A stretch of 64,000 nt of DNA from Candidatus Eiseniibacteriota bacterium (lineage in GTDB: Bacteria > Eisenbacteria > RBG-16-71-46 > CAIMUX01 > VGJL01), in the NCBI GenBank assembly GCA_963792585.1, contig CAWBWI010000001.1, positions 1,600,001 to 1,664,000 of the forward strand. The letters are read 5' to 3'. Below, piece after piece: positions 42,876 through 54,784 of the stretch. The notes under the pieces were generated by a model. That model ran no database searches. It was not told the DNA's origin and saw nothing but the letters and a program-made list of their open reading frames with translations. A program made the position numbers and the translations under genes. The stretch's first letter is position 1. The number at the start of each line of letters is the position of its first letter.

Positions 42876-44093
42876 CTAAGGAGCGGGAAGGTCGGGCCCC
42901 GAACCGAACCAGTTGCGTGGCGAGAGGGCGCGGCCCACGGCGGCCAGGGAACGGTAGCGTTCCGGCTCCTCGCGCCGCAATCGCTCGAGGCCGTCCAGCG
43001 CCCATGCCAGCGCGCAGGAGAAGACGAAGGCAAGACCGGTTGCGATCACGCAGATCAGCCAGCGCACCGGGCGCCAGCGTTTCTCGGCCGGAACGGCCGT
43101 GTCGAGGACTTGCACGCTCGGTGTGTCGCGCAGCTCCAGGATCCTGTACTGCTCGAGCTGTTCGCTCAGGATCTCGAAGAGCGACTCCTGGAGCTTCACC
43201 TGCCGCAGGGCGCGCGCATAGGCCGCCGTTCTCGCCGGCAGCTCACGCAGCGGCACCTGATAGGCGGCCGAGTCGGCCCGCTTGCCCCTGTCGAGCTCGT
43301 GAAGCTGTCCCGCGAAGAGATCGACCTCCCGCGCGAGCCGCGCCCGGTCGGGATCGCTCGGTCCCACCTGCGCCCGCATCATCCCCAGCTCGACCTCTCG
43401 GACCCTGCGACTCAGATCCAGCTGGACTGCGGCGTCGACGAGCGAGCGGATCTGCTCCTCGGGCGCGAGGATCCCCGTCTGCTCCTGCACGCGCTGCAGG
43501 GCGCGCTCTGCGGTCGCGAGCGAGTCGCGACAATCCGCCACGCGGCTGTCGAGGAAGGCCCGCACGGCCCCGGCGCTCGTCCGCCGTCGATCTCTCGCGC
43601 GAACGTCCAGCAGGGAGACGAAGTCGTTCGCGATCCGCGCCGCCTTGGCCGGATCCTTGTGGGTGACCGTGATCGCGACCACGCCCTCGTTGCCTACCTT
43701 GATCTTCGCGCAGCCCCGCAGGATCTCCAGCGCTTCGTCCATCGTCCCGACCTTGAACTCGGTCATCAGGTCATGACGGCGGATGATCTCCTCTCGCACG
43801 CTTCGGCTCTTGAGGATGGCCGCGTAGATGTCGGAAGGAGTCGCCAGCAGCGGCAGACTCTGCCGGCCCGGCGCGAGTCCCCCGGCGGCGACCATCGTCG
43901 TGATGCTACGCAAGTTCAGTCCCTCCTCCTCGGGAGGGAAGACGGTGGCCGTCGAGCGGTAAGACTTCGGAAGGATCATCGCCACGATGATCGCGGCGAC
44001 CGCGACGACCATGGTGTTCGTCAGGATCAATCGCCGCCATCGGGCGAGCGAAACGAGTCTACGCAGGATTGGGGGTAGGTTTGCTTCGGTCAT
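42876..44093 (-). CDS. Wzz/GumC-type chain-length determinant (polysaccharide co-polymerase)
   Basis: Two terminal TM helices, [23 protein letters not shown], coiled coil, [13 protein letters not shown]. Confidence 0.88.
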   Translation of the reverse strand: MTEANLPPILRRLVSLARWRRLILTNTMVVAVAAIIVAMILPKSYRSTATVFPPEEEGLNLRSITTMVAAGGLAPGRQSLPLLATPSDIYAAILKSRSVREEIIRRHDLMTEFKVGTMDEALEILRGCAKIKVGNEGVVAITVTHKDPAKAARIANDFVSLLDVRARDRRRTSAGAVRAFLDSRVADCRDSLATAERALQRVQEQTGILAPEEQIRSLVDAAVQLDLSRRVREVELGMMRAQVGPSDPDRARLAREVDLFAGQLHELDRGKRADSAAYQVPLRELPARTAAYARALRQVKLQESLFEILSEQLEQYRILELRDTPSVQVLDTAVPAEKRWRPVRWLICVIATGLAFVFSCALAWALDGLERLRREEPERYRSLAAVGRALSPRNWFGSGPDLPAP

Positions 44094-44208
44094 CCGTCCT
44101 TCCTTGCGCTGGCCAGCATATCAAAGCCCCCGTCGCGCGGGTAGACTTGTCCGCCCCTCGCCGATAGACTTGCCCGTCCCCCCCACGAGGGGCGGCAGGG
44201 AGGTCCCC

Positions 44209-44649
44209 ATGCTCAAGATCGGTGATATGGCGCCCGCCTTCGATGCGCTCACCCACACCGGGCGGAGGCTCAAGCTGTCCGACTTCCGCGGGAGGTCGGT
44301 GGTTCTCTGGTTCTACCCCAAGGCAGACACACCCGGCTGAACGGCCGAAGGGCGCGGGTTCCGCGACCTCAGTTCCGAATACGCCAAGCGCGGCGCGGAC
44401 ATCGTCGGGGTGAGCTTCGACACGCAGGAAGAAAACGCCGCCTTCGCAAAGAAGTACGAGTTCCCCTACCCCTTGCTCTGCGACACGACCCGCGAGATCG
44501 GCATGGCATACCACGCCTGCGAGAAACCGGATGACGGCAACGCCAAGCGGATCACCTATGTCATCGGTCCCGATGGCCGGATCAGCCACGCCGTCGAGAA
44601 CGTGAACGCGGCGGAGCACCCCGCGCTCCTGCTGGCGGGGCTGATCTAG
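44209..44649 (+). CDS. bcp: Selenocysteine-containing peroxiredoxin (BCP/PrxQ subfamily), 146 aa with UGA read-through
   Basis: GGAGG RBS; one frame reads [13 protein letters not shown](44338-44340)-[35 protein letters not shown]; the TGA occupies the peroxidatic Cys position. Confidence 0.9.
44349..44369 (+). promoter_or_regulatory. Candidate bacterial SECIS hairpin
   Basis: AGG-G-CGCGG-[GTT]-CCGCG-A-CCT; loop starts with G, 17 nt after the UGA. Confidence 0.65.
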
Positions 44650-44707
44650 AAAGGCTGAGGCTTTCGGCCGGAGACTCGGCGCGCCGGGTTCGACGGGGAC
44701 CGGGCGC

Positions 44708-45523
44708 CTAGACCACCCGCGCGCTCACGACCGGCACCATCCAGACCGCGTAGCCGAGCGGGTCGCGGATGGTCGTGATCATCTGATTGAAGTAGGCCCG
44801 CGCCTCGTCGGCGGTCAGGCTTGTGTGTTCGGCGATCGGCTCGGCGTAACCGTCGCGCCAGGCCTCGATGATCGCCGCAAAGGTCTCGCGGGGCACGCGC
44901 AGCGTGTCGACGACGATGTAGTCCATCGTGATGTCGGCCAGGCCGAGCCGGGCCAGGATACCGGGCGTGTGGCGGCCGATGTGGAGATCCACACCCGTCG
45001 CCGTCCCGAACTCATGGGGACTCCTGTGCCAGAAGTCGGCCGGATCGAGATCTCCCTCCTCGAAGTGGAGCATCCCGTAGTCCTCGGAGATCAGGTGCAG
45101 GCGCCCGCCGGGACGCGTGACGCGCGCGAGCTCCGCCAGAACGCGGTCCGCGTGCGGGACCGAATGGATCACGTGACGGTTGACGGTCAGATCGAACGAA
45201 TCGTCGGGGATGTCCAGCGCGAAGAGGTCCTTGTGCTCGAAACGTAGGCGCGGACCGATGGGTGCCCCGCGGGCGCGCGCGCGTTCGAGGTGGGAATCGA
45301 TGATGTCGATCCCCAGGACCTGCGAGCGCGGAAAAAGCTCCGCGAGCCGACGCGACGCCTCCCCCGTGCCGCACCCGGCATCGAGGATGTGGATGTCGTC
45401 GGGAAGCCCGTAGCGCCCAATCAGCGGGACTTCCTGCGGCCAGATCGCCTTGGCCTGCGCCTCGAGATTGCGCACCATCGACTCGTCGGCCATCTGCTTC
45501 CCGTGGGGGTTGAGATCGGTCAA
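44708..45523 (-). CDS. Class I SAM-dependent methyltransferase
   Basis: AGGAGGAG RBS and TTG; ILDAGCGTG, SFDL, RVTRPGG. Confidence 0.9.
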   Translation of the reverse strand: MTDLNPHGKQMADESMVRNLEAQAKAIWPQEVPLIGRYGLPDDIHILDAGCGTGEASRRLAELFPRSQVLGIDIIDSHLERARARGAPIGPRLRFEHKDLFALDIPDDSFDLTVNRHVIHSVPHADRVLAELARVTRPGGRLHLISEDYGMLHFEEGDLDPADFWHRSPHEFGTATGVDLHIGRHTPGILARLGLADITMDYIVVDTLRVPRETFAAIIEAWRDGYAEPIAEHTSLTADEARAYFNQMITTIRDPLGYAVWMVPVVSARVV

Positions 45524-45652
45524 GGGACTCCTCCTGTGCGGGGCCGTGCATCGTTCCGGTGAACCGGAGACGGTAGCACGACGGTCACTCCGGGTGCGAG
45601 TTCGAGGACGGCATCCGCAGGTTCGGACCCGGGAGGGGTCTCGCCGGGGAGC

Positions 45653-46015
45653 CTACCTCGGCGCTCCGCCCTTCACCCACGCGCCGATCCGCAGGCGATC
45701 CTCATCGGGGATGCGAATCCCGAGACTGTCACCTACGCGGCCGGGCATCGTGCGCTCCGTGAAGACCGACTTGTAGATCGCCTTGCGGTGGCGGCGGACG
45801 TGGTCATACCCCTCGAGGTTCACCCCGTGCGCGTTGGGCCCCTTCAGCGTGTCGGCTTGAGAATGACACCCGAGGCAGGACTGCCGGATGATCGGTTCGA
45901 TGTCGGGCCGCCAGCGGAGCTCGGTGGGGATGACCTGCTCCCGCTCGCAGCCGGCCGCCAGGGCGAGCGTGCAGAGGACACCCGCGGCAAGCGCGCGCCG
46001 GAACCTCAAGTGCAC
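45653..46015 (-). CDS. Monoheme cytochrome c lipoprotein
   Basis: Lipobox LAAGC; DIEPII..SCLGCH heme motif; TMP distal ligand; W..GGA end. Confidence 0.8.
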   Translation of the reverse strand: MHLRFRRALAAGVLCTLALAAGCEREQVIPTELRWRPDIEPIIRQSCLGCHSQADTLKGPNAHGVNLEGYDHVRRHRKAIYKSVFTERTMPGRVGDSLGIRIPDEDRLRIGAWVKGGAPR

Positions 46016-46833
46016 ACCAATCCGACCGGTCGCGCGAAGAACGGCCGGCCGTGCCGGCGGACCCGGTAGACGAGCTCCAGGAGCGGGCCCCCGCGTTCGA
46101 TCATGAGCTGCACGGCCAGAGGGAGACGCGCGATCGGCCGGAAGCGGCGGAAGCCGTGTCCGCGCATGGCCGCGATCATTTCGCGATTCGTCGACTCGTT
46201 CAGGTGGGTTCCCATCGCGGGAATCCGGTTCGAGTAGGTGTTGTCGATAATCCTCGTGACATCGCTCGGACCGAAGAGCCTGTGCGGCATCAGGAGCACG
46301 AACGCGCCGCCCTCGCGCAGCGCGCGGCGCACGCTGCCCAGGTGCTCGTCGAGATCGCGCGGGGCGACGTGCTCGGTGACGTTCTCCGAGACCACCACGT
46401 CGAAGGGTTCATCCACCTCGAAGGAGACGATGTCGGCCGCGACGAACTCGATGCCCGGCACCGCGCGGGGCAGCATCGCCTCCGACGCGTCGATCCCCAG
46501 CAGGCGACCGTGAGGCAGCCTCTCGGCGATCCCGCGCAGTAGATCGCCACGTCCGCAGCCGATATCCAAGACCGAGCTATTTGTGAAGAGGCCGCGGAGC
46601 CTCCGGATCATCCCCACATGCGTGTTCCGCGCGGGATCGTACGGGGCCTCGGTCTTCCCATAGATCGGGTGGACGGTCGCGTAGACCTCGCGGATGAGCC
46701 TGCGACGGCGGGAGGGATCGGGCTCGGCCAGGACCGCCTCGTGAAACGCGCGCTCGATCTCGAAGGCGCGCACCAATGCCTCGGCCGGAATCCCGATTTC
46801 ACGGGAGAAGGCGGCCAGGCACGGATAGTCCAT
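46006..46833 (-). CDS. Class I SAM-dependent methyltransferase
   Basis: ATG at 46833; VLDIGCGRG, FDVVVSENVTEH, ALREGG. Confidence 0.85.
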   Translation of the reverse strand: MDYPCLAAFSREIGIPAEALVRAFEIERAFHEAVLAEPDPSRRRRLIREVYATVHPIYGKTEAPYDPARNTHVGMIRRLRGLFTNSSVLDIGCGRGDLLRGIAERLPHGRLLGIDASEAMLPRAVPGIEFVAADIVSFEVDEPFDVVVSENVTEHVAPRDLDEHLGSVRRALREGGAFVLLMPHRLFGPSDVTRIIDNTYSNRIPAMGTHLNESTNREMIAAMRGHGFRRFRPIARLPLAVQLMIERGGPLLELVYRVRRHGRPFFARPVGLVCT

Positions 46834-46844
46834 GGCAGGGTCGG

Positions 46845-47256
46845 CTAGTTCCCCGAGGCCGTCGCGACACGGATACGGTTGATCGCTCGAGTGAGCGCGA
46901 TCTCGGCGCGGGCGGAGTCGACCTTGCCCGACATGTCGCGCAGCCGCTCCTCGGCCCGCTCCCGAGCGCGCCGGGCGCGCGCGACGTCGATCGACTCGGG
47001 AGGCTCGAGGGCATCCGCCAGGATCGTCGCCTTGTTGTCGGAGACCTCGAGGAAGCCGCCGGAGATCGCGAAGATCGTCTCCCCATCGACGTCCTTCACC
47101 GTGAGCTTGCCCGGGATGAGCCGCGGTGATCAGCGGCGCGTGGTGCGCCAGGATCCCGAGGTAGCCTTCGCTCCCCGGCGCGATGATCGAGACGACCTCG
47201 GCCTCGAGAAACGACCTCTCGGGGGTCAGAAGGCTCAGGTGGAACGTCTCGGCCAT
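46845..47256 (-). CDS. atpC: ATP synthase F1 epsilon subunit (one apparent frameshift)
   Basis: [43 protein letters not shown]. Confidence 0.9.
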
Positions 47257-47265
47257 CGTCTTCCT

Positions 47266-48688
<1,423 letters not shown>

Positions 48689-48704
48689 CGTTTGAACCTT
48701 TCTC

Positions 48705-49569
48705 CTACTTCAACGCTTCCGCGCCGCCGACCAGCTCGGAGATTTCCTTCGTGATTGCCGCCTGACGCAGCTTGTTCCGGATCAACGTCAAGTGCCGAGA
48801 TCATCTCGCCCGCGTTCTTCGTCGCCGCCCCCATCGAGATCAGGCGCGCCGCGTGCTCGCTCGCCAGGGAGTCGGCGAACGCCGTCTGCACGCGGATCTG
48901 CACGTAGCTCGGCAGCAGGGTCGAGAAGATCGCCGCCGCGGACGGCTCGAAGATGTAGTCGCGCGCGGGCGCATGCGCCTGCGCCGCCGTCGCCGGAGCG
49001 ATCGGCAGGAACGTCTCCTGCATGATCTCGCCGCGTGCCCGTCGAGATGAACTTCGTGTAGATGAACTCGACCGAATCGGTTTCGCCGCGCCTGTAGAGG
49101 TCGATCAGCTAGCGGGCGAGCTGCACCGCCCTGGCGAGGTTCACCTGATCGCCCAGCTCGGGGACCCGGTAGCTCCCCTTCCACCCACGCTTGCCGAAGT
49201 AGTCGTTCGCGCGCCTGCCGACCGGGATCAGGTCGATCGTCGAGCGGTCGACCCCCTTGAGGGCCGTTTCCACGTGCCGGAAGACGGTTCGCGTTGAACG
49301 CTCCGCAGAGCCCCTTGTCGGATGCGATCACGACGATCGTGCGGCGGCGCACCTCGCGGACCTCGAAGAGACGGATCGCTCACCTCGCCCGCGGCGGACG
49401 CGAGCTGCTCCAGGACCTCGGTCATCTTGGCCGCGTAGGGCCGGGCGAGCAGGATCCGCTCCTGCGCGCGCCGCAGCTTCGCCGCGGCGACCATCTCCAT
49501 CGCCTTGGTGATCTGCTGGGTCGACTTGACCGAGCGGATCCGGCGCCGGATGTCCTTGATCGTGGCCAT
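48705..49569 (-). CDS. atpG: ATP synthase F1 gamma subunit (apparent frameshifts)
   Basis: [56 protein letters not shown]. Confidence 0.93.
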
Positions 49570-49572
49570 CGC

Positions 49573-51112
<1,540 letters not shown>

Positions 51113-51184
51113 CCTGCATCTTCCTTCTTTGTGCGCCCGGATTCTGCGCCGACGCGCTCCGAGAGATGTCCCTGGATCGGCATC

Positions 51185-51740
51185 CTAGTGGACGCCTGCG
51201 CCCAGCAGTTCGTCGCGCAGCTTCTGCGAGTCTCGCTGCGGATGCTCCGATCGATGATCTTCCCCTCGATCACCACGAAGAGCCCACCGATGATCCGCGG
51301 ATCGATCCGCGGCCGGATCCGGACCTTCTTGCCGAAGAGCCGCTCCAGCTCGACGCCGGAGCCGTTCGCTCAGATCGGCCGGAAGCGGGACGGCCGTCGT
51401 GACGCGCGCCTCGGCGATCCCCTGGTGCTCCTCCACGAGCCCCCGATAGGCACGCAGCGATGTCGAGGAGGTAGCTGATCCGCTTCTTGCTGAAGCAGAA
51501 GCAGCAGGAAGCGGACGAAGAGGTCGCGTCGTCCTGCCGCTCGAAGAGCTTCCGCACGAGGTCGCGCTTGTGTCTCGTCCAGCTCCCGCGGCGACTCGAG
51601 GAAACGCACGAGACGCGGGTCGGCCGACGTCATCGCCTCGAGCGACTCGAGATCCGCGAGCAGCGGCTCGATCACACCCCCGGCCCGCGCCGCGCCGAAG
51701 AGGGCGTGGGCGTATCGTTCGATACGACGGTGTCGATCAC
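51185..51740 (-). CDS. atpH: ATP synthase F1 delta subunit (apparent frameshifts)
   Basis: GGAGG RBS and GTG; RYAHALF, ARVTTAVPL, IEGKIIDRSI. Confidence 0.85.
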
Positions 51741-51755
51741 CGCACCTCCCCTGCC

Positions 51756-52291
51756 TCACGGCGTCGCTCCTCCGGACTCGGCGGCCTTCACCTTCGTCAG
51801 CTCTTCGATCGTCTCGGCGATGAGGCGGCGGTGGGTCGCGTCGTCGAGCTTCGCGCGGATCACCTTCTCCGCGGCGGCCATGGCCATCGCGACCATGTCC
51901 TCCTTCAGGGCGACCTCCGCCTTGTCCTTCTCGACGTCGATCTCCTCGCGGGCTCGCGTGATCAGCTCGCGGGCCTCGAGGCGGGCGTGCTCGTGGATCT
52001 CGCCGGCGACCTTCCTGGCCCTCGCCGACCGCTTCCTGGATCTTCGCGCGCGCCTGCGCGTCGATCGTCTTGAGCTGCGTCTCGTACTCGGCCTTGAGCG
52101 TCGCGTTCGCGTCGCTTCTCGCGCTCGATCGTGTCGAACTCGCCCGCGATCTTCTCGCGCCGCTCGTCGAGCAGGCCCAGGATCGGCTTCCACGCGAAGC
52201 GGCGCAGCACGAGCACCGCCGCCGTGAAGGCGACGGCGTGCGTCGCGACCTCCCGCCAGTGCGGGGCTAGAACATTGACTTCGCCAGCCAT
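51756..52291 (-). CDS. atpF: ATP synthase Fo b subunit (apparent frameshifts)
   Basis: LRRFAWKPILGLLDERREKI; AAAEKVI. Confidence 0.88.
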
Positions 52292-52319
52292 TCGGTTCCC
52301 CTCTCCCGGGGCTTAGGTG

Positions 52320-52547
52320 TTAGAGCTTTCCCTGGAGAACGAAGACGGTGACCAGCGCGTAGATCGTGAGCGCCTCGATGAAGGCGCAACCGATCACCAT
52401 GCCGACCTGGATCTTGCCCGCCGCCTCCGGCTGGCGACCCATCGCTTCCATCGCGCTACCGACCGCCTTGCCGAGGCCGAGGGCCGAGCCGAAGGCCGCG
52501 AGACCGAGACCGAGCGGCAGAGCCAAATGAAGAAGACTACCCGTCAT
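52320..52547 (-). CDS. atpE: ATP synthase Fo c subunit (proton-type signature)
   Basis: GRQPEA loop, FIEALTIY; lacks the Q...ES/T sodium-binding signature. Confidence 0.95.
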   Translation of the reverse strand: MTGSLLHLALPLGLGLAAFGSALGLGKAVGSAMEAMGRQPEAAGKIQVGMVIGCAFIEALTIYALVTVFVLQGKL

Positions 52548-52589
52548 TCCGCGATACCTCCCTTTCGGGGTTATTGAAGCCGCGTACGT

Positions 52590-53653
52590 TCAATGTCCGT
52601 GCTCCTCTTCGTGCGGGAGCATCTGCGAGAAGTAGATGGTCGAGAGAAGCGTGAAGACGAGGGCCTGGATCGTGCTGAGCAGAAGGCCCAGGAAGATGAA
52701 CGGGAACTCGAGCGGGATGCCGATCGGCGAGCCGATCGCCGAGAGCGTGAGCACGCCCAGGCCCGTGAAGACCGCGATCAGGACGTCCTCGCCCATGATG
52801 TTGCCGAAGAGTCGAAGCGAGAGGGAGACCGGCTTCGCCAGCTCGCCGATGATGTGCAGCGGCAGCATGAGCGGCACCAGGCACCAGCCCATCACGTCCG
52901 TCGGCGAGCCGACGAGATGATAGAAGTAGCCCGCCGACCCCGAGCTTGCGGAAGCCCGTGATCTGCACATAGAGGAAGACGACCAGCGCCAAGCGAGAGC
53001 GTCGTCTCGAAGAGGGAGGTCGGCGCCTTGAAGAGCGGGATCAGCCCCGACAGGTTCATGAACCAGATGTAGAGGAAGAGCGTGCCGAGGAAGGGCGCGA
53101 ACTCGCGCGCCGCAGTGTGCCCGAGGATCCCCTTCACGAAGTTGTAGAACGCCTCGACGACGTACTCGATCGCGTTCTGGAACGGGCCCGGAATCATCTC
53201 CCGCTTCGCCGCGCCCGCGCAGCAAGCAGCGTGCTCAGGAGGAGAAGGAGGACGATCGCGAAGAACGGGCCGCGCCAGGCGAAGAGGTAAGTCGCTCCAG
53301 TTGCCCGCCCGCTCCACGGGACCGCCGAAGAAGTGCTTCAGGTATTCGGTCAGGTCGGGCAGCTCGATGGGGGGGCCGGATTCAGCGCCGTGGACTTCGG
53401 ATTCGCCGTGCACCCCGGCGGCGGCGCCGTGCTCTGGGGCGTGGCTGACTTCGGTGGCTTCGGTGCCGTGTGCGGGGGCGGCATGCTCAGAGATCGCATG
53501 CTCGGGGACCGCACTCTCCGATTCGTGTGCCGGGGCCTCCTGTTGCGTGGCCGCATGCTCGGGCGCCGCGTGCTCCTCCGCCGCGAAAGCGGCGGACGTT
53601 TGCCGGCCAACGAGGAGGATCAGGAAGACGAGGAGATAGGTGAGTCGCTTCAT
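52590..53653 (-). CDS. atpB: ATP synthase Fo a subunit with N-terminal signal peptide and His/Glu-rich extension (apparent frameshifts)
   Basis: PGPFQNAIE, NLSGLIP, KPVSLSLRLFGNI, IQALVFTLLS. Confidence 0.92.
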
Positions 53654-54120
53654 GACCGCCCCACCTTCCCGTGACCCGGGCTGTTGCGCAAGAGCGGACC
53701 GCCTGCGCCGTGGCGTTCCCGTTGCAAACCCGGGGCCGTGAGAATCAGGCGTCCGAGGATCTTCAGCAGGATGATCGCCAGGAAGAGCGAAAAGCCGGTG
53801 AGCAGGAACCAGGGCTTCAGGTGGGCGACGAAGAGCAGGACGATTCCGATGGCGTAGATTCCGGCGAACTTGAGGACGCCGAAGATCAGCAGAGCCGGCT
53901 TGCGCCGCTGTCCGATCGCCTCGAGCAGAAGCGCATTCAGGAAGTAGAGGTCCAGCATCCCGAGGGCAACGCCCGCGATCCATGCGCCGGCTTTAGGCAG
54001 GCCCGCATAGACGCCGAGGCAGATGAAGACCAGTCCGCCCACCCAGGCGGTCGTGATCATCACGCGGCGGATGAAGTCGGGTCCAAGGTCGAGCCAGCGA
54101 GAAGCTGCGTCCCCTGCCAC
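53650..54120 (-). CDS. atpI: ATP synthase protein I-like membrane protein
   Basis: Four TM helices directly upstream of atpB with ATGA overlap. Confidence 0.7.
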   Translation of the reverse strand: MAGDAASRWLDLGPDFIRRVMITTAWVGGLVFICLGVYAGLPKAGAWIAGVALGMLDLYFLNALLLEAIGQRRKPALLIFGVLKFAGIYAIGIVLLFVAHLKPWFLLTGFSLFLAIILLKILGRLILTAPGLQRERHGAGGPLLRNSPGHGKVGRS

Positions 54121-54168
54121 CCCAGGTCCTCCTCCGCAGCCCCCACGCTGCGGCAAACGTTTGCCGGT

Positions 54169-54419
54169 CTATTCCTCGAGGTCCTTCTGTGCGCGGCGGA
54201 CGAGCAGAACCGTCTCCCGAACCGCAGCACCAAGCCCGAGGGCCACCCCGAGTGCTTGAAAACCCAGTCCGTGCCCAACCTCCGGTCCGCCAACCTGCCC
54301 AGCCACCATCCGATAGCCGGCGCGACCCCGATCATGAGGGGGATCGTGGCCAGTGGAAGGGCGGCCCGATAGTAATTGTACGAACCCTTCCTACCGCTGC
54401 CCTTCCGGTTGTCCGGCAC
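54169..54419 (-). CDS. AtpZ/AtpI (ATPase gene 1) family protein (one apparent frameshift)
   Basis: IGWWLGRLADRRLGT..W, then LGVALGLGAA; first gene of the atp operon. Confidence 0.78.
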
Positions 54420-54500
54420 GCTCCACCTGCTTTGTGCCCGGGGGTCCGAGTAGGAGGTCTGACGGCATCCGCGGCTGCCGGTAGCAGCCCCGAACGGCGC

Positions 54501-54530
54501 AGTATGCCGTGGGGGTAGAAGAGGTGTCAA
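54501..54530 (-). promoter_or_regulatory. Sigma70 promoter of the atp operon
   Basis: Minus strand TTGACA-N18-CATACT, about 80 bp upstream of the first atp gene. Confidence 0.7.
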
Positions 54531-54784
54531 TAGACAAGTTCAGAAAAGCACAAGCGGGTCCTCGGAGCTGGGCAAGGGTAGCCGTCCGGAGGATTGGATC
54601 TTAGGTCACGTCCGTCCAGGGGCCTCCAGCGGACCAGCGCATGCTGAATGGCGCTCCTTCCAGGGCCGCAAGCGCCGCCGGCATCAGGAATCCACGGATC
54701 CGGGAGACCGCGTCGGGGTCGATTGCGGAAGACCCCCGTGCGGGGACGGGTGAGGGCAGGGTAGGTGCGGTCCCGTGATGAGCA

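Noticed and set aside
52320..52547. Sodium-translocating ATP synthase
   Set aside because: The c subunit lacks the Q and ES/T ligands.
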